From assembly GCA_951406725.2 (NCBI GenBank), contig OX597819.1:6448001-6512000 (forward strand): 64,000 nucleotides of DNA, in the 5' to 3' direction. Position 1 is the first letter of the stretch; each line of letters starts with the position of its first letter. Under the pieces are notes generated by a model. The model was not told where the DNA came from and made no database searches. It worked only from the letters and a program-made list of their open reading frames with translations. Below, one piece after another: positions 1 to 12,249 of this stretch. The DNA comes from Octopus vulgaris (Eukaryota). The translations under genes were made by a program, and so were the position numbers.

Positions 1-156
1 TCCCAAAATAATCTGTATTTTTGTTATCTTTTATTTGCCCTGTTCGTGTGAGCTAACAATCGTACTGACTTTCATGTGAAACATGTATTTTTATGGTTGA
101 AACCTTTTGGATGTTCTAGTGCTAGAATGAGTCACATAGTGACCATTCTCTTATAT

Positions 157-202
<46 letters not shown>

Positions 203-231
203 ATTTATACATATATATATATATATATATA

Positions 232-263
<32 letters not shown>

Positions 264-309
264 GTTGTGCCTGTGCCTGTGTGTACGTATGTATGTATGT
301 ATGTATTTA

Positions 310-340
<31 letters not shown>

Positions 341-689
341 TTGTGCCTGTGCCTGTGTGTATGTATTTATTTATGTATATGTGTGTACGTGTGTATAATT
401 AATATAGACAGCGGTGTGCAATGTTTTACCAAAAAGACTATAATTGTTATTAAATGTGATTAAGGGTGTTAGAAACACCTACATTGCTAGAAATAAGAGC
501 TAAAACGCTCTAATGCTGCGGTAAAAGCACATAATTGTATACTTACAGGGACCGTAATCACTCGGTAGCAACAGTCGAAATATTCCCATACTGATCGGCC
601 AGTCCCGAATTTTCGCCGTAGCTGCTTGTGTGGGGTCGGCTCGATTCGACTGATTCCAAACAAAGATCACTACCAGTATGTATATATAT

Positions 690-1030
690 GAGAACAAGGT
701 GTACGTTACGCCGCAATAATATAGGTATAAATATTATATATAAAATGGGACAAGAACGTGAAATACACAAAGAGACGACACAAAAAACTGACGGGTCATT
801 GGAAGCCTTTAATCTTCAGTCAGGAACCTGATCATCATAGCAAATTTCGGCATATATATATATATATATTAGGGAACAAGGTGTACGTTACGCCGCAATA
901 ATATAGGTATAAAAATTATATATAAAATGGGACAAGAACGTGAAATACACAAAGAGACGACACAAAAAACTGACGTGGTCATTCGAAGCCTTTAATCTTC
1001 AGTCAGGAACCTGATCATCATAGCAAATTT

Positions 1031-1089
<59 letters not shown>

Positions 1090-1246
1090 GGAACAAGGTG
1101 TACGTTACGCCGCAATAATATAGGTATAAACATTATATATAAAATGGGACAAGAACGTGAAATACACAAAGAGACGACACAAAAAACTGACGGGTCATTC
1201 GAAGCCTTTAATCTTCAGTCAGGAACCTGATCATCATAGCAAATTT

Positions 1247-1297
<51 letters not shown>

Positions 1298-1454
1298 GGA
1301 ACAAGGTGTACGTTACGCCGCAATAATATAGGTATAAAAATTATATATAAAATGGGACAAGAACGTGAAATACACAAAGAGACGACACAAAAAACTGACG
1401 GGTCATTCGAAGCCTTTAATCTTCAGTCAGGAACCTGATCATCATAGCAAATTT

Positions 1455-1491
<37 letters not shown>

Positions 1492-1835
1492 GGAACAAGG
1501 TGTACGTTACGCCGCAATAATATAGGTATAAAAATTATATATAAAATGGGACGAGAACGTGAAATACACAAAGAGACGACACAAAAAATGGACGGGTCAT
1601 TCGAAGCCTTTAATCTTCAGTCAGGAACCGGATCATCATAGCAAATTTCGGCATATATATATATATATATATTAGGGAACAAGGTGTACGTTACGCCGCA
1701 ATAATATAGGTATAAAAATTATATATAAAAAGGGACAAGAACGTGAAATTCACAAAGAGACGACACAAAAAACTGACGGGTCATTCGAAGCCTTTAATCT
1801 TCAGTCAGGAACCGGATCATCATAGCAAATTTCGG
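690..1835. repeat. Tandem array of six ~164-bp units separated by (AT)n spacers
   Basis: Unit TAGGGAACAAGGTGTACG...GCAAATTTCGGC starts at ~690, 870, 1087, 1295, 1489 and 1673. Spacers are (AT)9, 26, 22, 15 and 10. Confidence 0.95.
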
Positions 1836-2142
1836 CTGATTAATCCTGATATTGCTCCGAAACGGCCAGCCCCAATGAAAAACTAAGCTGCGAGCATTAG
1901 ATTTTTGGGAAAAAGGATCGAATGTAAACGAAACAAGGACAGAAAAACGGACGAAGCCACACGAATATAAATACAAAAGACAAAAATAAAATAAAAAACA
2001 AGAATGGTAATAAACAGGACAACAGCAGGTGTCTTACGACTTCTTGACTGAAGATTAAAGGCTTCGAATGACCCGTCCGTTTTGTGTGTCGTCTCTTTGT
2101 GTATTTCACGTTCTTGTCCCTTTTTATATATAATTTTTATAC

Positions 2143-2146
<4 letters not shown>
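1673..2146 (-). mobile_element. Non-coding repeat family E with terminal fold-back (possible Penelope-like pLTR derivative)
   Basis: 1706-1811 and 2041-2146 are near-perfect inverted copies. The body recurs at ~6660-6910 (opposite strand) and ~59495-59657. The PLE origin is inference only. Confidence 0.55.
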
Positions 2147-2191
<45 letters not shown>

Positions 2192-2729
2192 CGTGCGTGC
2201 GTGTATGTGTGTGTGTGTGCGTGCGTGCGTGCATGTGTGTGTGTGTGTGTATGTGTGTGTGTGTATGCGAAAACTGCTCAAATTCCATTCAAACTACGAG
2301 CATTCCAAATATTGTATATCGAAGTTAACGAGTGGTGGATTAGTGTCACGGAACTCGGATCCACATGATTACAAAGCAAACCCCTTAGACACATAATGGC
2401 AATATCTTACGTATGGCTGACTCAGTCATTTTTTTGCCGTCTTGCTTTAATTAATTGTAACAATTATGTTTTTGTCACCAATGGCAAATGAAAAACTGTA
2501 ATATTCGAATTATAACAATGCTGATGTGCTATAATTCAGCAGTTATTATATTCGAATTTCTTGCGGTATCAATTTCATCTTATTTACTACATTTTGACAC
2601 GTGTAAACCACTTTTAGATTTAACTCTTTATCTTATCTTTTTCCATTTATTGTGCCACATATATTCTTCACCACAACTACAATCAAATAGAGAATGCTAT
2701 ACTCTCTGGTTATCTTTCTCCTTTACTTT

Positions 2730-3021
2730 CTCCCTCTCGCTCTTCCCGCCTCTCCATCGTTTTCTTCCTCCCCTCTCTCACTCTCTCTCTCTCTCCCTCT
2801 CGCTCTTCCCGCCTCCCCGTCGTTTTCTTCCTCCCTCTCTCACTCTCTCTCTCTCCCTCTCGCTCTTCCCACCTCTCCATCGTTTTCTTTCCCCCTCTCT
2901 ACTCTCTCTCTCTCCCTCTCGCTCTTCCCACCTCTCCATCGTTTTCTTCCTCCCCTCTCTCACTCTCTCTCTCCCTCTCGCTCTTCCCACCTCTCCATCG
3001 TTTTCTTCCTCCCCTCTCTCA

Positions 3022-3052
<31 letters not shown>

Positions 3053-3095
3053 TCGCTCTTCCCGCCTCTCCGTCGTTCTCCTCCTCTCACTCTCT
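2730..3095. repeat. Polypyrimidine minisatellite (~58-bp unit)
   Basis: CTCCCTCTCGCTCTTCCC(G/A)CCTCTCCATCGTTTTCTTCCTCCCCTCTCTCA(CT)n repeated about 6 times. Confidence 0.9.
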
Positions 3096-3157
3096 TTTTA
3101 TCTCTTTCTTCCGTCACTCTCTCTCTGTCTCTTTCAATGTATGTGCATTTGCATGTA

Positions 3158-3539
3158 GTGGAGGCGCAATGGCCCAGTGGTTAGGGCAGCGGACTCGCGG
3201 TCGTATGATCGCGGTTTCGATTCCCAGACCGGGCATTGTGAGTGTTTATTGAGCGAAAACACCTAAAGCTTCACAAGGCTCCTGCAGGGGGTGGTGGTGA
3301 ACCCTGCTGTACTCTTTCACCACAACTTTCTCTCACTCTTTCTTCCTGTTTCTCTTGTACCTGTATTTCAAAGGGCCGGCCTTGTCACTCTCTGTGTCAC
3401 GCCGAATATCCCCGAGAACTACGTTAAGGGTACACGTGTCTGTGGAGCGCTCAGCCACTTGCACGTTAATTCCACGAGCAAGCTGTTTTGTTGATCGTAT
3501 CAGCTGGCACCCTCATCGTCGAAATCGACGGAGTGCTCC
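3158..3539 (+). mobile_element. tRNA-derived SINE, family B
   Basis: tRNA-like head with A box (TGGCCCAGTGG) and B box (GGTTTCGATTCCC). Near-identical copies at 19974 and 61939. Confidence 0.9.
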
Positions 3540-4074
3540 TAAATAAATTTGCATGTACTGAAGTACGTATGTACGTATGTATGCATGTAAGAATGTAGGC
3601 AGAAAGATACGGATGTGCGTATATAAATATGTATGAATGGATCCCGGTCAGAATTTTCGACCATAAATGTTCAGCTATTCGATCACGTAAGCGACATGGC
3701 TCATTGAGGTAACGTGTATGTGGCTGAGTATTCCACACACACGTGTACGTTTAATGTAATTGTAAGGCGGAAAATAGTGTGACAAGACCGAGCTTTTAAA
3801 TTAGCGTATCAAGAAATGGGTCCGACAGGATATGGGTTGCCCCCAACGATTAGAAAATAACAGTTTCTGTAGATGCTACGCAAAAGAAAAAAAGAACTTC
3901 ATGATTAATCAATATATTATTAATTATTATTAATATTAATCAATATTTATTAATATACTAACAACACTTCTAGCACAATATTTCAGGAGGCAAAAAAAAA
4001 ACAGACCATAGGGATTGAAGACCACGGCCCCCCATAATCAAACAAAAATCTATTTTCTCTTTTATTAATCGATG

Positions 4075-4157
<83 letters not shown>

Positions 4158-4328
4158 CCTTACGTGATCGAATAGCTGAACATTTATGGTCGAAAATTCT
4201 GACCGGGATCCATTCATACATATTTATATACGCATAATTAATACTCAATTAATGTTGTTAGTGAAGCGAATTTCTTAATTTTGTCGGGCCTACTTACATA
4301 CACACATGCAGTTGTGTCTATGTATGTA

Positions 4329-4580
4329 CAGGGTGAGGTAGAGAGGTCGGGCGTTTTTGAAATGGCTATTACTCAGTCCCAAGTGGAGAGACATATGTGG
4401 GATAGGTACCATTCGATCCGCGGTGTTATAGTATTTTTTTCTTTTCAGATGAACCCATGGCGCTGTGGACGATAGAGCATCGCGTGGTTGCCTTCGACAG
4501 TTACGCATCAGACGAGCTTTGATACGGAGTCCAAATCGCTCTGCTCGGAGGCATTGCACTGGACTTCCTATCATCATTAC
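4329..4580 (+). mobile_element. Tc1/mariner-superfamily relic (DUF4817-type HTH N-terminus), internally deleted
   Basis: TA-CAGGGTG terminus. MALWTIEHRVVAFDSY from 4457, then RIRRALIRSPNRSARRH in another frame. Confidence 0.65.
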
Positions 4581-4828
4581 TATTTTGCTTAGACACAGCG
4601 AAATAACCTAGTGTTAGAACTCAATATGCGTATACTTTTTCATGTATGCTTTTTTGGTAATGCTATTTTGTGTGTGTATATATAAATGTAAATGTTTTCC
4701 AAAGTAAAATTATACTTCATGTTTGAAGCTCAAAGCATTCAACTATGCGTACATTGCTTCTTATAACAGAAACAGCTGTAAGCTAATGCATTTCATGATA
4801 TAATTCCTTTATCTTTGTCATTTTAATA

Positions 4829-5249
4829 CTCTCTTTACTCTTTTACTCTTTTACTTGTTTCAGTCATGTGACTGAGGCCATGCTGGAGCACCGCCTTTTT
4901 AGTCTAGCAAATTGACCCCGGGACTTATTTGTAAGCCCAGTACTTATTCTATCGGTCTTTTTTGCTGAACCGCTAAGTGACGGGGACATAAACACACCAG
5001 CATCGGTTGTCAAGCAATGCTAGGGGGACAAACACACACACACAAACACACACACACAAACACACATATATATATATACATATATACGACAGGCTTCTTT
5101 CAGTTTCCGTCTACCAAATCCATTCACAAGGCATTGGTCGGCCCGGGGCTATAGCAGAAGACACTTGCCCAAGATGCCATGCAGTGGGACTGAACCTGGA
5201 ACCATGTTGTTTGTAAGCAAGCTACTTACCACACAGCCACTCCTGCGCC
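4829..5249 (-). mobile_element. tRNA-derived SINE, family A
   Basis: Reverse complement of the 5762 copy: tRNA-like head, CTTGGGCAAGT core-like motif, internal TA/TG tract and (GAGTAAAA)n tail. Confidence 0.92.
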
Positions 5250-5761
5250 TATATATAAGGTATCAAAAATCTGAAAGATGACATCAGATGTCTTGGTTTT
5301 TATTTATTCATTTTAGTACTGTGCGTAGGAATGGAACAGGAGAATTTATCATTTATAGTTTGTATATTAGGTGGACACAAACAGCATAAACACCGAAGTC
5401 TTAAAAGGGAAGTGAAAGAAAAAATGGTACAGATTGTCGTGCATGTTTCTATGAGTATTATGAATGTGTATGGGTATGTGCGTGGGCTTATGTTTGTGCT
5501 TGTGTGCCCGTTCATGTGTGCGTGCGTAGTATGTGTGTTTGCACAGCAATCTATGAAATGTTAATATCACTTTAAATTTAACACTGAGGTGAGTGCATGG
5601 AGCAAAATGTGAGAAGAGGAAAGAAAAGAGAAATAGAAATGAGGAGAATGAAAGATAAGCAGAAAGACAGTGAGACCAATATTGGTTGAGAGACAGAGAG
5701 TGAATGATAGAGAAATGTACGTATCAAGGCACAAAGAAAAAGAATGAGAAAAAGTTACATA

Positions 5762-6170
5762 GGCGCAGGAGTGGCTGTGTGGTAAGTAGCTTGCTAACCA
5801 ACCACATGGTTCCGGGTTCAGTCCCACTGCGTGGCATCTTGGGCGAGTGTCTTCTGCTATAGCCCCAGGCCGACCAATGCTTTGTGAGTGGATTTGGTAG
5901 ATGGAAACTGAAGGAAGCCTGTCGTATATATGTATATATATATATATATGCGTGTGTGTGTTTGTGTGTCTGTGTTTGTCCCCCTAGCGTTGCTTGACAA
6001 CCGATGCTGGTGTGGTTACGTCCCCATCACATAGCGGTTCGGCAAAAGAGACCGATAGAATAAGTACTTGGCTTACAAAGAATAAGTCCCGGGGTCGATT
6101 TGCTCGACTAAAGGCGGTGCTCCAGCATGGCCGCAGTCAAATGACTGAAACAAGTAAAAGAGTAAAAGAG
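5762..6170 (+). mobile_element. tRNA-derived SINE, family A
   Basis: GGCGCAGGAGTGGCTGTGTGGT...GGTTCAGTCCC head and AAGTAAAAGAGTAAAAGAG tail. At least five near-full copies in the window. Confidence 0.92.
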
Positions 6171-6499
6171 TATACACGTCTGCCTATATGCTTTTCTTCA
6201 TGAATACATAAGCATATGCATAAGTATTAGACTCTTTTTCACTCTCTCTCAGTCCCTCAACCAGTTTAGCATTCTGTCATTCTACTCCTCTAATACTCCT
6301 TCTCTATTTCTCTGTATTTCGATACTCCTTTTCATCCCTCTTTTTCTTTTTCACGAACAAGATAAATATATATATATGTATACATGCATGTCATTTTTTT
6401 TCGCCCCTCCTTAATTCTTCTGTCCATCTGCTTCTACAACTCTCTCCCTTCTCTTTCCCCCACCTTAATTATTTTGTCCTCTTTTTCTCTCTCTTCTCT

Positions 6500-6680
6500 T
6501 CTCACGTGACCGATAGGCCAGACTGCTAGCCCTCTTTTTGCGTCTGACCTTGGTCACTGCCACATCGATATTCTTTCCTGTGTTTGTGAAAGTCTTGTAT
6601 CTCTGCCGTAAGGCTTCATTTCCATACACGCCAGCTGAATTCAATTCGTCCTCAGTTGAAAGACACCTGTTGTTATGTCC

Positions 6681-6738
<58 letters not shown>

Positions 6739-6910
6739 TTTATTGTATTTTGTATTTATATTCGTGTAACATCGTCTGTTTTTCCGTCCTTGTTTTCGTA
6801 TACATTCGATGCATTCTTCCAAGGAATCTAATGCTCTTAGCTTAGTGTTTCCTTGGGGCTGGCCAGATTGGAGCAATCTCAAGATTAAACAGGCGAAATT
6901 GCGAGGGTGA
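6500..6910 (+). mobile_element. Family E repeat copy with internal (ATT)n
   Basis: 6660-6910 matches the reverse complement of ~1830-2035 (AGACACCTG...TTTTGTATTTATATTCGTGT...TTGGGGCTGGCC). The 5' boundary is uncertain. Confidence 0.65.
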
Positions 6911-6918
6911 TATATATA

Positions 6919-6956
<38 letters not shown>

Positions 6957-6957
6957 C

Positions 6958-6989
<32 letters not shown>

Positions 6990-7132
6990 GTATATGCATA
7001 TGTATTTAAAAAGTCAATAAAATAATATGGAGAAGAAAAAATTAAGATGCTTGGTTTGTTTTATTTGTATTACATCGGAAAAGTAATGCAAATTAAAAGT
7101 AATGCAAATTTATATATATTAATACAAATTTA

Positions 7133-7199
<67 letters not shown>

Positions 7200-7704
7200 G
7201 TATATGTATATATAATATATATATATATATACAGAGAGAGATAGACTGAGGAAGTGAGAGACTCAGAGAGAGAGAGAGATACGCGCATAAGTACAGGAAA
7301 AGTATATGAAAGACAGACGATAGGACAATGTGACAGAGAGAAAAGAGAGTAAGTGACAAAAATGTATTTTATAAAAACGCTGTAAAACTGAATAAAAATA
7401 TATTTTGAGAATAATTCTAAAAGAGAAAGTAAACAAACAATAGCGTTCCCGTTGTTATATGTATATATCCGTCCGCAGCGTGTAATAAACTGTATTCTAT
7501 TGTTGAATGACAAACAAAATTTGTTTTGCGGACTTCTGAAAATAGGAAACTATTTAAAACTACTGATTTAAACAAGAGATAGTGTGTCGAAGTTCAGACT
7601 ACAAACTTTCGGAAACTGATAGCTTTCCCAAAGGTTAGATTTAACACGTTATAAAAGATACCTTATAACCAGTAAATTATGACACATCTCCAGACGCACA
7701 CGTG

Positions 7705-7783
<79 letters not shown>

Positions 7784-8022
7784 TGCAAAGGCACATAGTC
7801 ACACGTGTATGTGTATGTCACTGTGTATCTATGAGATGTAATTTATGCGCCCATTATATATATTTATTGTTATTGCCTCTGTTATTATTGATACAGATTT
7901 ATTTTAACTCATCAGGTGGTAGTTTGCCTCCAACATTCACCATTTAGAACGTACTGTATTTTCTCATTGTGTAAAGTTATCACCCATATTCTAAGATACT
8001 TTTATACGTGAGAGAGTGTGTG

Positions 8023-8167
<145 letters not shown>

Positions 8168-8219
8168 TATGTATATATATATGCTTGTGTGTATTATGTA
8201 TATATGTATATATGTATAT

Positions 8220-9662
8220 ATGGAACGAATAGTCAGAAGCAAACTAATCACTTTCCTTGAAGAAGAAAATGACTTGCTGCCTGACACCCAACATGGTTTA
8301 CGACCAGGAAGAAGCTGCCTAACTCAGCTCCTACAACACTATGACTGGGTGCTGAAACGACTGCTCAACCGCTCAAATGTGAAAGTCATATATCTCGACT
8401 TTGCAAAGGCCTTTGATAAAGTCGATCATGGAATGATATGTCACAAATTGCGTGATCTTGGCATAGTTGGAAAATTGGGAGAATGGCTTCATGACTTTCT
8501 GAAGGATAGAAGTCAGGTGGTAGTAGCCAATGGGGCCACCTCCATTAACACACAAATAGTGAGCGGTGTTCCGCAAGGGCACTGTTTTAGGACCACTACT
8601 GTTCATAATGGCCCTCTCAGACATGCCCTCAGCCACGCAGAGAGTCACGATCACAAGTTATGCAGATGATACAAAAGTTTCACAGGCAATACAGAACCCT
8701 GGAAACACAAAGCACCTGCAATATGAGCTGGACAAAATATACAATTGGGCTGAAAAGAATAGCATGCAGTTCAATGCTGAAAAGTTTCAAGCTTTAAGCT
8801 ATCAGCATGCAAAACTAAATGCAATACCCAATAAATAACTGGACCTGGAGGGATTGCAATCCCAGAGGCACAATCAGTGCGAGACCTGGGTATTTACATG
8901 AGTGATGATGCAACCTTTCATGTGCATGTTGCTAAATTCGCAATGAAATGTAAGGCGGCTGACCGGATGGATTCTTAGAACCTTTAGAACAAGAGACCAG
9001 GAAACCATGATGGTCCTCTGGAGGACAGTTGTCCAAAGCCACTTTGACTATTTCTCTCAGCTATGGTCACCATCCAGTGTCAAGTTAATCACAGAACTTG
9101 AGGCGATCCAACGAAGCTACACGAAGAAGATAGCCTCTGTGCAGCATATAGGCTAATGGGAAAGACTCAAGAGATTAAGACTCTATTTCTTAGAGCGTAG
9201 GCGAGAAAGATATGCCATAATATACATCTGGAAGATCCTAGGAGGACTTGTCCTAAACTTTGGCATTGAAAGTTACACAAATGCTAGAACTGGGCGCCAC
9301 TGCATAGTGCCAAGGACTCCAAGTTTGCCATCAAGATGTAGGACAAGATACTGTGATAGCTTGGGCTTCAGCGGCCCACAGCTCTTCAATATCCTCCCGA
9401 AGAACCTGAGATACCTGCATGGGGTGGATGCAGATGTCTTTAAAATAAAACTGGATCTCTTCCTGTCAGGTGTCCCAGATGAACCAACTTCATGGTAGGA
9501 GGTGCAGATGAGGGCAGCTGCATCGAACTCTCTCATGCACCAAATGGCAATTGCTAAAAAGCATTCATGAAGTAAAATCATGTAGCAACACCAAATGGCG
9601 GTGCCCCAGCATGGCCACGGCTCGTGAGCTGAAACTAGATAAAATAAATAAAAATAAAATAA
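8220..9662 (+). mobile_element. 5'-truncated CR1/L2-group LINE; reverse transcriptase pseudogene plus 3' UTR
   Basis: [33 protein letters not shown]/(frameshift ~8580)TVLGPLLF and YADDTK motifs, then further stops and frameshifts. (TAAAA)n tail; flanked by TA tracts. Confidence 0.95.
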
Positions 9663-9748
9663 TATATATATGTAACTTATACTCATATATACATATATAT
9701 GTAACTTATATTCATATCTATATATCTATATATATATATATATATATA

Positions 9749-9871
9749 CTTTATTTTAAGCAGCAGAAAATTTTGTTGAATTTTCTGCTGCTTAAAATAA
9801 AGCATATTACTCTACCACTGGTATTTGAGTACTCTTTTTTCCACCTTGTTTCACATTTATGTGTTTACTCC

Positions 9872-9873
<2 letters not shown>
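9749..9873 (+). mobile_element. Short hairpin-headed repeat inserted in (TA)n
   Basis: Perfect 24-bp inverted arms at 9749-9772 and 9779-9802, then a ~70-bp tail identical to 34117-34186. Confidence 0.8.
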
Positions 9874-9941
<68 letters not shown>

Positions 9942-11060
9942 TGTGTATGTTTATGCGTGGGTGTATGTAAGTGTGCATGTATGTGCTCATGAGTGTATAA
10001 CTTCTGTAGTAGTTGTATAAATAGGGCAAATTTAGCTATTTCTCCGTAGATTGGAAATAGTGATAGACAACTGTAAACTATTTTCTCAACTTATTGAATT
10101 CTCATCCGAGGAGTCTACATCAATTTGACCGATTCCAGAGAACGGAGAGTGATAACAGTCTCCCAACACTATGCAATTATGCCTCCATTGGTGCTACAAC
10201 TTACCTCTAGGTTATTTTCAATAAATGTAATTTCTTTCAGATTTTGAACTGGTGCAAGAATTTGTTTGCTAAAGTTATAAGCAATACCTACAAATTTCTC
10301 TTTCATCCACTAGCTATTGACTGACGAGACACAACGACGCCGAAATATCGGATGTTACGAAAAGCGCCTTACGCTCATGAATTGACTGTGTTATGACTGT
10401 GTTATTTGTCTGGCAGAAAAAGTTGCTTCTAATAACGAAGGACAATACCGGCTAGCGCATTCGCGTTCGAATCTACCCCAACGTTGATTCTCGCTGTTCA
10501 CTTAACTGTTTATTATTTACAAATATTATTAAGGAATATTAACCTTTCACTTATATTATCGCTTATTCTTATGTCTGTAGTCGAAATAAATGCTGACTTA
10601 ATCTTGATTTTAATTTCACTGTTATTTGTTTATCTTTCCACGCTTTTGCTACTTATTCTCAACTAAGGAAGTTTATTATACAGAATCGCTATCTTATCAC
10701 CGGCAGTCTATGCCGGCACTGCTCCCTTGCCAAAAGCAAAGCTCTACTCTTTTCAAACCATGCGTTTTAATTACTTAACTACACATGATATTATCTTCCA
10801 AGTATTATTATATTTCTATATTTGTTTTGTATTTACAGGCAATACTTTAAGTTCATTTTAAAGTATATGTATACATACATATACATATACATACATATAC
10901 ATATACATACATATATATATATATACACACACACACGCACACATATATATATATATATATTAAATATACATATGTATATATGTTATAAATCATATATATA
11001 TATATATATAATTTATACAGACATATAAACATATATATATACATATATATATATGTATGC

Positions 11061-11091
<31 letters not shown>

Positions 11092-11744
11092 CACTTACAC
11101 AACATTTTTTAACCCTCTAGAAATCATTGTTTTAATTAAAAACTTTTACTTTCTTGTCAGCCTTCTATATTTACCCGTTTCCTAAGTTTGATTACCTCTG
11201 ATAATTTCCCTTTCTGAACAACTCATTTTACTTCATAATTAACTGTGCTTTCTATGTCTATTTTTAATTCAGTTTCAAATATTCTGAGATACACTGTTAT
11301 AATTGTTTTATTTTGTAAGTTAGGCTTTGTATTCACTCTCATCGTTAGTTCTTTTCGTTTACTGCGCAGCAATTTATTTCTTTACGCTATTTACTCCTAT
11401 GTAGCTATTTTCACAACAAACGGCCAATACATAGATCATCATCTACACTCAGCTACCGTCTATATTATTCGAAAGTGCAGTCTTTAACTTCTCAAATTGA
11501 GCTCTCATTCATTTCCAAATTACAACTACATTTTTTGGCTCACGTCTGACATTTTAGCTATCAGCCATTACTCTTTTGACAGTTCAAAGGTTGTTTTACT
11601 TTAGACCAAATATTACGACTTTCACTATCTTAAAATCTCCTGGTACAACAAGTATTTAAAATTGAAGCCTCTACTCTGTTGATGAAACAAAAATATTAAT
11701 AATCATTTCTACTATAGGTAAAAGGCCTGAAATATGGGGGAGGG

Positions 11745-11855
11745 GGACAGTCGATTACATCGATCCCAGTGCATAACTGGTACTTAATTTATTGACCCCG
11801 AAAGGATGAATGGTAAAGACGACCTCGGCGGAATTTGAACTCAGAACATAAAGAC
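11745..11855 (-). mobile_element. SINE family D fragment (Nin/Deu-domain-like)
   Basis: Reverse complement of GAGTTCAAATTCCGCCGAGGTCG...TCATCCTTTCGGGGTC...AAGTACCAG seen in the 22873 copy. Confidence 0.8.
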
Positions 11856-12249
11856 AGAATTGTCCAAGAATTTGATGTCTTGTTTCTTGAGATTATTAGG
11901 TGTATTTCGACGTATGCTTGCTGCAATAATGTCTTCCTTGTTCAGAATGCAACGTTTCGCTATGCATCTGCTGTAGCTTTAGATTTTGCCCTCTTAAATC
12001 TTTTACGACTGTTCTGTCTACTGGGAAAATGCTTTGGGATCAGGATTCGCAAGTACTCTGCAATACTGGTGTTCACATTCAGGCTATATGAGGATTTGAA
12101 AAGATTGTTGCGGCTTTTCTTTTTTGGGGGGGATTTCATTTACATTAATTGAGGAGGATTCAAGTTTTGGAGTACATTACAATTTCCTCTAAATCCATTA
12201 TTCTCAAGTGCTTTCAAGTGCTTAGAAATCTCATGACAATCCTTGCTGT

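Noticed and set aside
690-1835. CRISPR-like repeat-spacer array
   Set aside because: Repeats are 164 bp, spacers are only (AT)n, there are no cas genes, and the context is eukaryotic.
2048-2080. Hammerhead in family E (CTGAAGA...CGAAT)
   Set aside because: GAAA is absent, and stems I and II do not form in the canonical register.
3158-3230. tRNA gene
   Set aside because: It is the tRNA-like head of a multi-copy SINE and has no proper acceptor stem.
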